The notes under the pieces are model-generated. The model was not told the DNA's origin. It did no database searches and saw only the letters and a program-made list of their open reading frames with translations. From Myxococcota bacterium (GTDB lineage Bacteria; Myxococcota; JACRCW01): a stretch of 52,978 nt of DNA. This document shows, piece by piece, positions 1-8,647 of this stretch. How positions within the stretch are numbered: position 1 is the first letter of the stretch; the number at the start of each line of letters is the position of its first letter. The stretch is from the NCBI GenBank assembly GCA_040752415.1, contig JBFMGU010000041.1, positions 1-52,978 on the forward strand, written 5' to 3'. Made by a program: the position numbers and the translations under genes.

Positions 1-34
1 TCCGCCCAATGGGATGGGCGCGGCCGGCACCTTG

Positions 35-61
35 GGAGTGCGGTCTGAAATACCGCTTTGG
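35..61 (+). repeat. Single REP-like palindrome (GGAGTGCGG family)
   Basis: GGAGT-GCGGT-ctgaaat-ACCGC-TTTGG. Same GGAGTGCGG head plus short hairpin as the arms at 3808-4019 and 26266-26490. Confidence 0.55.
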
Positions 62-121
62 CCGGAGCTGTTCGGGCTCAACCGGAGTCTTCCAGATGTG
101 AAGGAACTTCTGGCCAGCTAC

Positions 122-416
122 TTAGCGCTTCTCCAGCCGGTCCACGCGCTCTTCCAGCTCATCCTGACGCGCCTTGAGCCGGTCAAGCTGGGTTGTCCCG
201 CAGGATCTTGTCCCGTCGGATCTCGGCCCTGACCTCGCGGTGCGGGCGGTCGGTGCGGTCGAACAATCCAACCAGATCCTTGCGCGGCCCGTGGACCTCC
301 TTGCGGAGCTGCTCCTGTCCGGCCTCCATCTTCTTCATGCTGTCCCGCATGTCCCGGAACAGCTTGAACGCTTCCGCCGGAAACACCGCAGCGTTCCTTG
401 TGCGCTTGGTTGCCAT
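122..416 (-). pseudogene. Small coiled-coil protein interrupted by a 1-nt frameshift (or a sequencing error)
   Basis: MATKRTRN...EIRRDKILRDN stops at 183. Removing one base at the GGG at 190-192 continues as QLDRLKARQDELEERVDRLEKR-TAA(122), with heptad character. Confidence 0.5.
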
Positions 417-665
417 GGCCGGAACTGTAGCGCCCCGGTCGGGCTGCGTCATGCACCGGCCTGGACAGGTGCGGCCTGGAAGTTCCCGTCGGCAGCTCCA
501 GGATCGCCCACCGTGCCGCAGATGGCTCCGTGCGCCCCGCGGCCCATGTCCCCGGTCATGCCGCCGGCGCTTCGACGCCCTGCGCCTCCCCACCTGTTGG
601 ACCTCCTCGGACGCGTTAGATACCGGCCACCAAGGCATTGAAGCCCAGCCTCGGCCTCTGCCACA

Positions 666-2480
666 GTGACGGCACGGCCATTCGCAAGGAGCAAGACCAT
701 CCACACCGTTCACGGAAAGACCCAGGGACTCAAGCCCAGCCAGCTCAAGCAGCTGGAGAAGCTCTACACCCGGCGTGTCGACGTGCAGTCGCTGGTGACG
801 CCGGAGGTCTCACGCACCATCACCGAGCTGTGCGCGGACACCCGGCGTCCGGTGGGCATCATGCTGGACCGCGCCGGGCGCGTGGAGCACGTCATCGTCG
901 GCACCGACCGCCGGCTGTATCTGCCTGACGTGGGTCGCGCCCGCGCCGGAGCGAGCCGCCTGCGTGGCCTGCGCCTGGTGGTGGCCTTCCCCGGCGGACC
1001 CATTGCGCAGATGCCGCGCGACATCATCACCGACCTCCAGAAGCTGCAGCTGGACGCGGTGGTGTGCCTGGGCGTGGACCCCGCGGGCCTGCCCGGCACC
1101 GTGGCCTGGGCGCAGGTGCTCCCGACGACGGACCCCAGCGGCGAGCGCTACCGCAAGCACACCGAGAGCAGCATCCACGCGCTGGACCTGGACTTCACCG
1201 AGTTCATCCGCACCCTCGAGGACGAGCTGGCCCGCGAGGTGGTCACGCTCCGCAAGGCGGAGGGCGGCAAGGTCAAGGACAGCGCGGTGCTCGTCGGCGT
1301 GTACACCGGTGGTCGCGCGGAGGCGGAGGCCTCCATGGCGGAGCTCACCGAGCTGGCGCGCTCCGCGGGCGTGACCGTCGTCGACACGGTGATGCAGTTC
1401 CGTCGGGAAGTGGACCCGCGCACCATCCTGGGCAAGGGCAAGCTGGAGGAGGTGGTGCTGGGCGCGCTGCAGCACGGCGCGGAGATGATCGTGTTTGACC
1501 GCGACCTCTCGCCGAGCCAGCTGCAGAACCTCAGCCGCGAGACCGAGCTGAAGCTGCTGGACCGCACCATGCTCATCCTGGACATCTTTGCCCAGCGTGC
1601 GCGCACCACCGACGGAAAGCTTCAGGTGGAGCTGGCCCAGCTGAAGTACAGCATCCCGCGCCTGGCCCAGCGTCAGACCGGTCTGTCCCGCCTCACCGGC
1701 GGCATCGGCGGGCGTGGTCCCGGTGAGACGCGACTGGAGATCGACCGTCGTCGGGCGAAGGACCGCCTGAACCGCTTGGAGCGCGAGTTGGAGCGCGTGG
1801 GCGCGCAGCGCACGTTGCGACGGAGCGCCCGCAAGAAGGAGGGCCTGCCGGTCATTGCCATCGTCGGGTACACCAACGCGGGCAAGAGCACGCTGCTCAA
1901 CCGCCTGACGCGCTCCGACGTGTTCGTGGCCAACCAGCTCTTCGCCACGCTGGACCCGGTGAGCCGACGGCTGCGCTTCCCCAGCGAGCGCGAGGTGATC
2001 ATCACAGACACCGTGGGCTTCATCCGCGACCTGCCCAAGGACCTGGTGAACGCCTTCCAGGCCACGTTGGAGGAGCTGGGTGAGGCGGACCTGCTGCTGC
2101 ACGTCTTCGACGGTGGCGACCGCGACCACGAACGTCACATCCGCGCCGTGGAGAAGGTGCTGGAGCACCTGGAGGTGCAGGACACGCCGCGCATCCTGGT
2201 GATGAACAAGGTGGACCGGCTGAACGCGGAGGACGCGCAGGCGCGTGCGCAGGCGCTGGGTGCCATCCCCGTCAGCGCCATCACCGGCGAGGGGCTCCCC
2301 GAGCTGATGAACCGCTGTGCGCGCACGCTGTGGCAGCACAACCGTGCCGAGGAGACTGCCTGGGCGCAGGAGGAGAAGGCGCCGACGGTGGAGCCGGAGG
2401 GACCGCCGAGCCTGGACGACCTCCGTCGGAGCCTGGCGGCGCTGCCGGTGAACGCCGCGGTGGGTGGCGCGTCCCGCTGA
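666..2480 (+). CDS. hflX: GTPase HflX, long form with N-terminal extension (true start may be ATC at 699)
   Basis: LDIFAQRA..GKLQVELAQLKY, GGIGGRGPGETRLE, G1 GYTNAGKST, LFATLD, DTVGFI, NKVD. Confidence 0.96.
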   Translation: MTARPFARSKTIHTVHGKTQGLKPSQLKQLEKLYTRRVDVQSLVTPEVSRTITELCADTRRPVGIMLDRAGRVEHVIVGTDRRLYLPDVGRARAGASRLRGLRLVVAFPGGPIAQMPRDIITDLQKLQLDAVVCLGVDPAGLPGTVAWAQVLPTTDPSGERYRKHTESSIHALDLDFTEFIRTLEDELAREVVTLRKAEGGKVKDSAVLVGVYTGGRAEAEASMAELTELARSAGVTVVDTVMQFRREVDPRTILGKGKLEEVVLGALQHGAEMIVFDRDLSPSQLQNLSRETELKLLDRTMLILDIFAQRARTTDGKLQVELAQLKYSIPRLAQRQTGLSRLTGGIGGRGPGETRLEIDRRRAKDRLNRLERELERVGAQRTLRRSARKKEGLPVIAIVGYTNAGKSTLLNRLTRSDVFVANQLFATLDPVSRRLRFPSEREVIITDTVGFIRDLPKDLVNAFQATLEELGEADLLLHVFDGGDRDHERHIRAVEKVLEHLEVQDTPRILVMNKVDRLNAEDAQARAQALGAIPVSAITGEGLPELMNRCARTLWQHNRAEETAWAQEEKAPTVEPEGPPSLDDLRRSLAALPVNAAVGGASR

Positions 2481-2489
2481 CCTTGTGGG

Positions 2490-3803
2490 ATGCGTGTGGA
2501 GATGACGTTCACCCCGCGAATGCTGCTGACAGACGGGACCGTGCGGCGCCTGGTGCTCCAGGTGTTCGCCGAGGTCCGCCAGGGCTGGCCCTTCCTCACG
2601 GACGTGCTCTCCCGCGCGTTCAAGGACTCCCGCGTCCCCGACGAGATGCGCGGCCAGGTCACCGACATGGTGCACGACCTGGTGCGCATGCACCGCAAGG
2701 TGGAATACGCGCTGGGGCCGGATGCCGACGAGCTTTCCCGGCTGGGAGCCACGTTGGCGCTCACCGGCGCGGTCTCACTGGAGGACGTGCGCACGGGCAT
2801 GGGTCTTCCGCTGGAGGGGCTCACCGGCCTGCAGGCGCGCATTGACGCCGAGGGCGACGCCGCGGTTCGGCTGGGGTTGACCCACTCGTTGCCCGACTGG
2901 CTCGCGCAGCGACTTCTCGACGAGCTGGGCGCGGAGCGTGCGAACACGCTGGCCGCCGCGCTCAACCAGCCGGCGCCGCAAACCCTGCGCGTGAACACGC
3001 TGCGCGCCCACCGTGACGACGTGCTGGCGGAGCTGGGAGCCGCTGGCATCCCCGCGCTTCCGACGCTGCGCGCCCCCGCGGGCATCACGCTGGCCACGCG
3101 CATCAACGTGTTCACGCTGCCCGCATTCGCCGACGGTCGCGTGGAGGTGCAGGACGAGGCGAGCCAGCTGGTGTGCGAGGTGGTGGCGCCGCCGCCGGGT
3201 GGAACCGTGGTGGACGCGTGCGCGGGTGCCGGCGGGAAGACGCTGGGGCTGGCCGCGCTGCTTGGGAACAAGGGACGGATCGTGGCGCTGGATCCCAGTG
3301 GGCGACGCATCGGGGAGCTCAAGCGTCGTGCCGCGCGTGCGCAGGTGTTCAACGTGCAGGCGCACAAGTACCGCGCGGGGGAGGAGGTGCCGCCGGTGGT
3401 GCGTGAGCTGGAGGGTCGCGCGGAGCGGGTGCTGGTGGATGCGCCGTGCAGTGGGCTGGGGGCCTTGCGGCGCAACCCGGAAGCGCGCTGGCGCGTGCAA
3501 CCCGACGACGTGGAGCGGCTGCGCGCTCAACAGCTGGAGATTGCCACGCAGGCCGCGCGCTGGGTGAAGCCGGGAGGTCGACTCATCTACGCCACGTGCA
3601 CGTTCCTGCGCGCGGAGTGTGAGGACGTGGTGGAGAAGCTGCGCGCGGCGGTGCCGGGATTGGAGCCGGTGCGGGTGCGCGAGGTGCTGGGTGGCGCACG
3701 GACCACCGGGATTACCGACGAGCAGGGGATGTACCTGCGCACGTGGCCGGACCTGCATGGGATGGACGGGTTCTTTGCCGCCGTGCTGCGACGGAAGGCG
3801 TGA
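2490..3803 (+). CDS. RsmB/NOP family SAM-dependent RNA m5C methyltransferase
   Basis: LRVNTL, VQDEASQ, DACAGAGGKT, LVDAPCSGLG, YATCT, DGFFAAVL motifs. Confidence 0.92.
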   Translation: MRVEMTFTPRMLLTDGTVRRLVLQVFAEVRQGWPFLTDVLSRAFKDSRVPDEMRGQVTDMVHDLVRMHRKVEYALGPDADELSRLGATLALTGAVSLEDVRTGMGLPLEGLTGLQARIDAEGDAAVRLGLTHSLPDWLAQRLLDELGAERANTLAAALNQPAPQTLRVNTLRAHRDDVLAELGAAGIPALPTLRAPAGITLATRINVFTLPAFADGRVEVQDEASQLVCEVVAPPPGGTVVDACAGAGGKTLGLAALLGNKGRIVALDPSGRRIGELKRRAARAQVFNVQAHKYRAGEEVPPVVRELEGRAERVLVDAPCSGLGALRRNPEARWRVQPDDVERLRAQQLEIATQAARWVKPGGRLIYATCTFLRAECEDVVEKLRAAVPGLEPVRVREVLGGARTTGITDEQGMYLRTWPDLHGMDGFFAAVLRRKA

Positions 3804-3807
3804 GTCC

Positions 3808-4019
3808 CGAGCGGACCACGACCTGGAGTGCGGCGGGCCCTCGCCGCCCTGGTCAGTGCCGAGCGGCTTCTTGCACCCGCCAACGGTCCACCACCCCAGC
3901 AGACGCGACCCCCGCGCATGCCCGGCGCGGTGCTCCACGACCGGTCCACCGGTGGAATACAGACTCGGCGCTGGCCAGGGCGGCGAGGGCCCGCCGCACT
4001 CCAGGTCGTGGTCCGTTCG
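3808..4019. repeat. REPIN/MITE-like element with 56-bp inverted arms between convergent genes
   Basis: 3808-3863 and the reverse complement of 3964-4019 match at 53/56. Each arm contains the hairpin GGAGT-GCGGCG-ggccct-CGCCGC. Confidence 0.85.
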
Positions 4020-4029
4020 TCGCGCTGGG

Positions 4030-6108
4030 TCACCGACGACGACGCAAACCGCGCGTCACCACGCCGAAGAAGATGAGCGTGGGCACCCACGTGCCGTCGC
4101 GACAGCCGCCGCAGCCGAGGTCGTAGTACACGCATTCCGACGGAGCACAGACGCCCTCGTCGCTGCACACCGCACCGGGCACGCAGTCGCTATAACCGGT
4201 GCAGGGGCTGCCCACCGGGATGCGCTCCGCGCACACACCCTCCAGACACCGATAGAGCGGACCGCATTCCTCGTAGCTGCACGCCTCGCCCAGGCCGCGG
4301 TACGGCTGGCACACGTAGGTGTATCCGCCGTCGGGGCCGGTGTAGCCGCAGAAGCCTTCCTGGCAGGTGTACTCCCATTCCGTCTCGTAACCGCACGGCT
4401 GCCCCAACGCGCCGCCCCGTCGACACTGCCCCGGCGTGCCCGCATCCTCGTTCACCCCCGCGCAGTAGTGACCAGCGCGACACGCATAGGACTGCACGCA
4501 GAGGTCATCCACCTGCCCATTCGACGACGCCACGCACACACCCTCACCACCATCCTCCGTGCGCGAGCACTGCAATGACGCCGCATCCGCGCCGGTGGAC
4601 GAGCAGCTGGGATGCAGGTCCGGACGCATGCCACAGCGCTCACCGCTCTCGTCCGGCGCCGCACGACACACACCGTTCACCGCCACACCACTCTCGCGCG
4701 CACAGATGAGCCCGCCCGCGCAGTTACCTTGCACCGGCCGGCTCGTCGGGGGAGCCACGCAGGCCTGCCCTTCCGGGACCCGCGGCTGGCACGTGCGCGG
4801 CGCGCCCTGACACGCGTCCAACGGGTTCAGGCAGTTGCCGCGCTGGGTATCATCCACGTCGACAAGGTCGATGTCCGAGCACGCCTCACCCGTCCGCGCC
4901 AAGGGCGCGCAGACCTGGTTGATGCACACCAGTCCAAAGGTGCAGGGATTGGCCGCACAGGACTGACCAAGCTTGGCGAACTCCGTGCAGCGCGCCTCAC
5001 CGCCGTCGGGAGTGCCCGGTGGGAACGCACACGCCAGACACGGCTGACAGGGACGCGTCACGCTGCCGTTGGCGCACACCTCCCCGAGCGCGGCGGGGCT
5101 CTGGCAACGCGATGGCGTCCCGGAGCAGCTGAGTCCCGCCTGGCACTCCTCGCTGGTGGTGCACGCGGTGCCCTCGGGCAGACGGTCAATGCAGGTCCCG
5201 CTCACGCATACCGTGCCCTCCACGCAGGCCACCGTGCCGCCGTCGACCTCGCAGCGCTGGTTGCGTTGCGCTGGCGGTGCGCAGCGGCCCGTCGTCCCGT
5301 CGCCCGGCTTGATGCACGAGAGGTTTCCACTGCAGGGCGGGTTGCCGCGCGTCTCACACTCCTCACCTTCCCAGCCCAGGTGCTGGCACACGCCCTCGCA
5401 ACCCGCGCTGAGACGGTGCACACACGCCGCGCCGCCGTCGCCCCGCTGGCATTCCGCGGTGGAATTGCACGGCTGGCCCTCCGCCTGGTGCCCCACGAGG
5501 ATCTCCGCGCACGCGGTGGTCTCGTAGCCCGCGGCGTCGAACCCGTTGCGCGCCGTCGACGCCAGGGAGCCCACGAGCCCGCCGTTGTTCGCGAAGTACT
5601 GCCGGCCCACGGCGAGACAGTCGCCCGCGGCCTCCTCGTCATAGGTGAGCCGGCCCGCGGCCTCACCCTGGGCCACTGCGGACACGTTCTCCGTCATCAG
5701 GCCGCCGTCCAGTGCGCACAGCCCCGCGCGCGTCAGGTTGACGTCGCCCCAGGTCATGGTGAGCAGGTCCTCGTCGCTGATGGCGGGCTCGCAGCCGGCA
5801 CCGGTCCCAAAGGAGATGCCGTACAGGTAGTAGGTGAACGAGCGCACGTAGCCATTGGCCAGCACCGGGCAGAGCTGCTCCAGCGGGATGGGCTGACCCT
5901 CAATCACCAGCCCCGACGAGCCACTGCCGCTGCCACTCCCGCTGCCGCCCGAGGTGCTCCCCGAGCCCCCTCCGCCGCTGGCGTTGTCGCCACCACTGGA
6001 GGTGCTGCGATTGCGTTCCTCGTCGTCGGCGCGACCCGCCACCGGGTTGTCGATGCAGGCGGAACCCACCAGGCACACCGCCAGGATGACCGCGCCACCA
6101 CGTCCCAT
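4030..6108 (-). CDS. Large cysteine-rich surface protein (Dickkopf/EB-like repeats), putative lipoprotein with MYXO-CTERM-like tail
   Basis: Signal/lipobox VILAVCLVGSA-C, Ser/Gly linker, many G-x-x-C...C-x-x-G-L-x-C repeats, C-terminus GCGGC-hydrophobic-RRRR. Start ATG 6108 follows a G-rich RBS-like run. Confidence 0.8.
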   Translation of the reverse strand: MGRGGAVILAVCLVGSACIDNPVAGRADDEERNRSTSSGGDNASGGGGSGSTSGGSGSGSGSGSSGLVIEGQPIPLEQLCPVLANGYVRSFTYYLYGISFGTGAGCEPAISDEDLLTMTWGDVNLTRAGLCALDGGLMTENVSAVAQGEAAGRLTYDEEAAGDCLAVGRQYFANNGGLVGSLASTARNGFDAAGYETTACAEILVGHQAEGQPCNSTAECQRGDGGAACVHRLSAGCEGVCQHLGWEGEECETRGNPPCSGNLSCIKPGDGTTGRCAPPAQRNQRCEVDGGTVACVEGTVCVSGTCIDRLPEGTACTTSEECQAGLSCSGTPSRCQSPAALGEVCANGSVTRPCQPCLACAFPPGTPDGGEARCTEFAKLGQSCAANPCTFGLVCINQVCAPLARTGEACSDIDLVDVDDTQRGNCLNPLDACQGAPRTCQPRVPEGQACVAPPTSRPVQGNCAGGLICARESGVAVNGVCRAAPDESGERCGMRPDLHPSCSSTGADAASLQCSRTEDGGEGVCVASSNGQVDDLCVQSYACRAGHYCAGVNEDAGTPGQCRRGGALGQPCGYETEWEYTCQEGFCGYTGPDGGYTYVCQPYRGLGEACSYEECGPLYRCLEGVCAERIPVGSPCTGYSDCVPGAVCSDEGVCAPSECVYYDLGCGGCRDGTWVPTLIFFGVVTRGLRRRR

Positions 6109-6507
6109 GAAAGCCCCCTGCAGAAGGAGTGTGAACGGTGTGCCACAGGACGCGGACACCTCGCAACGCACGGTGACGACGCTGCCAGGCGCGGGACCGG
6201 CCGCCACGGGACATCCGACGCCATGCGTATGCCACATGGAAGCACCTCACCTCCCACCAGGGTGGACCGCCCGCGCGTGAAAGCGGCGCGACGCACGGAA
6301 CCGCGTTTCTCGTCGGGGAACCGTGTCCGGAGCCGCGGCCGCCGCGCACTGCGGAGCGCTACGACATTCCACGGATGCGACGCGCGACTCCGCAGGTCCG
6401 CTCACACCTTCGTCGTATTCGGTCCGCGTCCGCCGTTCCTAAGCTGCCTGCGTGAGCTGAGGGTGAACCGGAAACACAGCGCACGCACGGAACGGACAAC
6501 GACGACC

Positions 6508-7113
6508 ATGACCACCGCGCCCCGCCATCCACGCACCACGCTCCGCGGCTTCACGCTGCTGGAGGTGATGGTGGTCATCTCGCTGGTCAGCATCCTGGTG
6601 GCCATGGGCGTGCCGGGGCTCTCGCCCTTTGTGGGCAAGACGAAGCTGGACGGAGAGACCGAGGCGGTGGCAGGGCTCCTGGCGCAGGCGCGGAGCGCGG
6701 CCATGATGGATCGTCGCTGCGTGCGCGTGAGGGTGACTGGGAACCGCACCCTGGTGGCGGAAAAGCTCAACGTCTACGACTGCGAGAATCCCAACTCGTC
6801 GCCGGTGTACATCAACGGCGGCGGACCGGTGTGGCTGGAGCTGGACCGGCTCACGCTGGGTGACCAGCTCACCGTCACGTGGGAGCACGAGCCCAGCGAG
6901 ACGCCCGGAGAGCTGCGCTACCGCCCCACCGGCCGCCTGTTCTCCAGCGACACCACGCTCACCGACGACGACGGCGTGCTGCGGGTGACGCAGTCCACGC
7001 TGCCCTCTCCCATCAACCAGAAGCGGATCCTGGCGGAAGCGCACGGACCCATCTGCGTTCTCAACCGGGGAGAAACCCCGCCGGGCTCGGCGGGCAACTT
7101 CTCCTGTCCATGA
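6508..7113 (+). CDS. Type IV minor pilin/pseudopilin, FimT/FimU/GspH-like
   Basis: Class III signal LRG-FTLLEVMVVISLVSILVAMGVP; LAQARSAA helix. Confidence 0.88.
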   Translation: MTTAPRHPRTTLRGFTLLEVMVVISLVSILVAMGVPGLSPFVGKTKLDGETEAVAGLLAQARSAAMMDRRCVRVRVTGNRTLVAEKLNVYDCENPNSSPVYINGGGPVWLELDRLTLGDQLTVTWEHEPSETPGELRYRPTGRLFSSDTTLTDDDGVLRVTQSTLPSPINQKRILAEAHGPICVLNRGETPPGSAGNFSCP

Positions 7114-7121
7114 GGTCAGTC

Positions 7122-7526
7122 ATGAAGAGCACCAAGACGCGCAAGGCCCGGGGTTACATGCTGGTGGAGGCCATGGTGGCCGGCGGCGTGCTGATGGCCA
7201 GCCTGGGCATCCTGATGAACGAGCTGGAGCGGGCGCGCACCATGACGACGTCGGCGGCGCGCGGCACCGAGGCCAAGCAGCTGCTGGAGCAGGGCCTGCA
7301 GCAGGCGCAGGTGATGGGCTACGCGGGAACCTCCTCGGTGGCGGTGGAGAACCCGGTGGCGGGCATGGCGCACCGCTACAAGCGCGAGCTGCGCCCGGTG
7401 GGCACCGGGACCGAGACCTTGGCGGGCACCACGGGCCGCGCCTACCGCGACGTGCTGGTGACGGTCACGTGGACCTCCAAGGGCGCAACGAAGACGCAGA
7501 GCGCCACCACGCGCGTGTACCAGTGA
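7122..7526 (+). CDS. Type IV minor pilin, PilV/GspI-like
   Basis: KARG-YMLVEAMVA prepilin motif, short length, VLVTVTW strand near the C-terminus. Confidence 0.82.
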   Translation: MKSTKTRKARGYMLVEAMVAGGVLMASLGILMNELERARTMTTSAARGTEAKQLLEQGLQQAQVMGYAGTSSVAVENPVAGMAHRYKRELRPVGTGTETLAGTTGRAYRDVLVTVTWTSKGATKTQSATTRVYQ

Positions 7527-7540
7527 GACGTGGAGGCGCC

Positions 7541-8635
7541 ATGCACGCCCGTGCCCGCGGCTTCACGCTCATTGAGCTGGTGGTGGGACTGACCGTCTCC
7601 CTGCTCATCCTGGGCGCGGCGCTGCAGCTGATGGTGATGGCCATGCGGGACGGCGCGCGCTCCCGGGTGCGGGCCGCGTTGTTGCGCGACGGCAACCTGG
7701 CCGCCGAGCTGCTCCACCGCGACCTGGCCATGGCCGGCCTGGGCGTTCCCTTTGGCGCGCGCATCGGCCCGGGCGGCAACGCGCCGGCGGGAGCGGTGAT
7801 CAGCTCCTCGGTGCTGGTGGGAGGCGCGGACTACGTGGGCGTGCTGGGCGACCTGCCCCGCCCCGACGCGCAGTACAACACGTTCGGCTTCCTGCATGAC
7901 CGCGCCGCCGGCGACGCCACGCACATTGCCTTCCACAACGAGAACAACGGCGCGTGCATGCCTACCGGCTGCAGCACCGCGGACTCCAGCGTCTTCTTCC
8001 CCGGCGAGAGCGGGTGCACCAACAGCGGCAGCACCGACCGCACCTGTCCATGGGGAATGAGGCGGCTGTCCGTGGGCGACCGCGTGCAGATCATGGCCGG
8101 CAACGGCGAGTGGTTCGACACGACGGTGGCGAGCTTCAACAACTCCGCGGGATTCCTGTTCCTGGGCAGCTCCGCGGTGATGAGCCTGGAGGTGAACCCG
8201 GGCTTCGACAACACGGTGTGGGCCAACAACAGCCCGCTCAGCGGCCCCGCCAATCGCCCCGGCACCGGCTGGGTGACGACGTTGGACCGCGTCTTCTACC
8301 GCCTCAACGGAACCGCGTTGGAGCGCGTGCAGTGCTGGGGTGAGGTGATTCCCACGCACGCCTCCTGGCCCCCCGACAACGCGGGAGCGATGCCAGCCAA
8401 CCCGTGCGGCGTCACCAACAACACGGGAACGGGGTTCGAGCGCATTGCGCGCGACGTGGTGATGCTGGAGCTGCGCTACTTCGACAGCAGCGGCGCGGAG
8501 CTGGCCCGCCCCCTGGCCACTGCCGCCGCCAAGGCCGCCGTCTCCTCCATCCGCTACCGGGTCCGCCTGGAACGCATGGTCAACCGCAGCAACGTGACCC
8601 ACGAGGTGGTGGGCACGGTTCGCGTCCGCAACTGA
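7541..8635 (+). CDS. Type IV minor pilin, PilW/GspJ-like
   Basis: RBS GGAGG; RARG-FTLIELVVG; LHRDLAMAG; C-terminal VRVRN. Confidence 0.88.
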   Translation: MHARARGFTLIELVVGLTVSLLILGAALQLMVMAMRDGARSRVRAALLRDGNLAAELLHRDLAMAGLGVPFGARIGPGGNAPAGAVISSSVLVGGADYVGVLGDLPRPDAQYNTFGFLHDRAAGDATHIAFHNENNGACMPTGCSTADSSVFFPGESGCTNSGSTDRTCPWGMRRLSVGDRVQIMAGNGEWFDTTVASFNNSAGFLFLGSSAVMSLEVNPGFDNTVWANNSPLSGPANRPGTGWVTTLDRVFYRLNGTALERVQCWGEVIPTHASWPPDNAGAMPANPCGVTNNTGTGFERIARDVVMLELRYFDSSGAELARPLATAAAKAAVSSIRYRVRLERMVNRSNVTHEVVGTVRVRN

Positions 8636-8647
8636 GGAGGTGATGCC

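Noticed and set aside
4612..6507. N-terminal 632 aa of the 833-aa ORF as a giant pilin fusion
   Set aside because: It overlaps the Cys-rich gene on the opposite strand; the prepilin motif implies a start at 6508.
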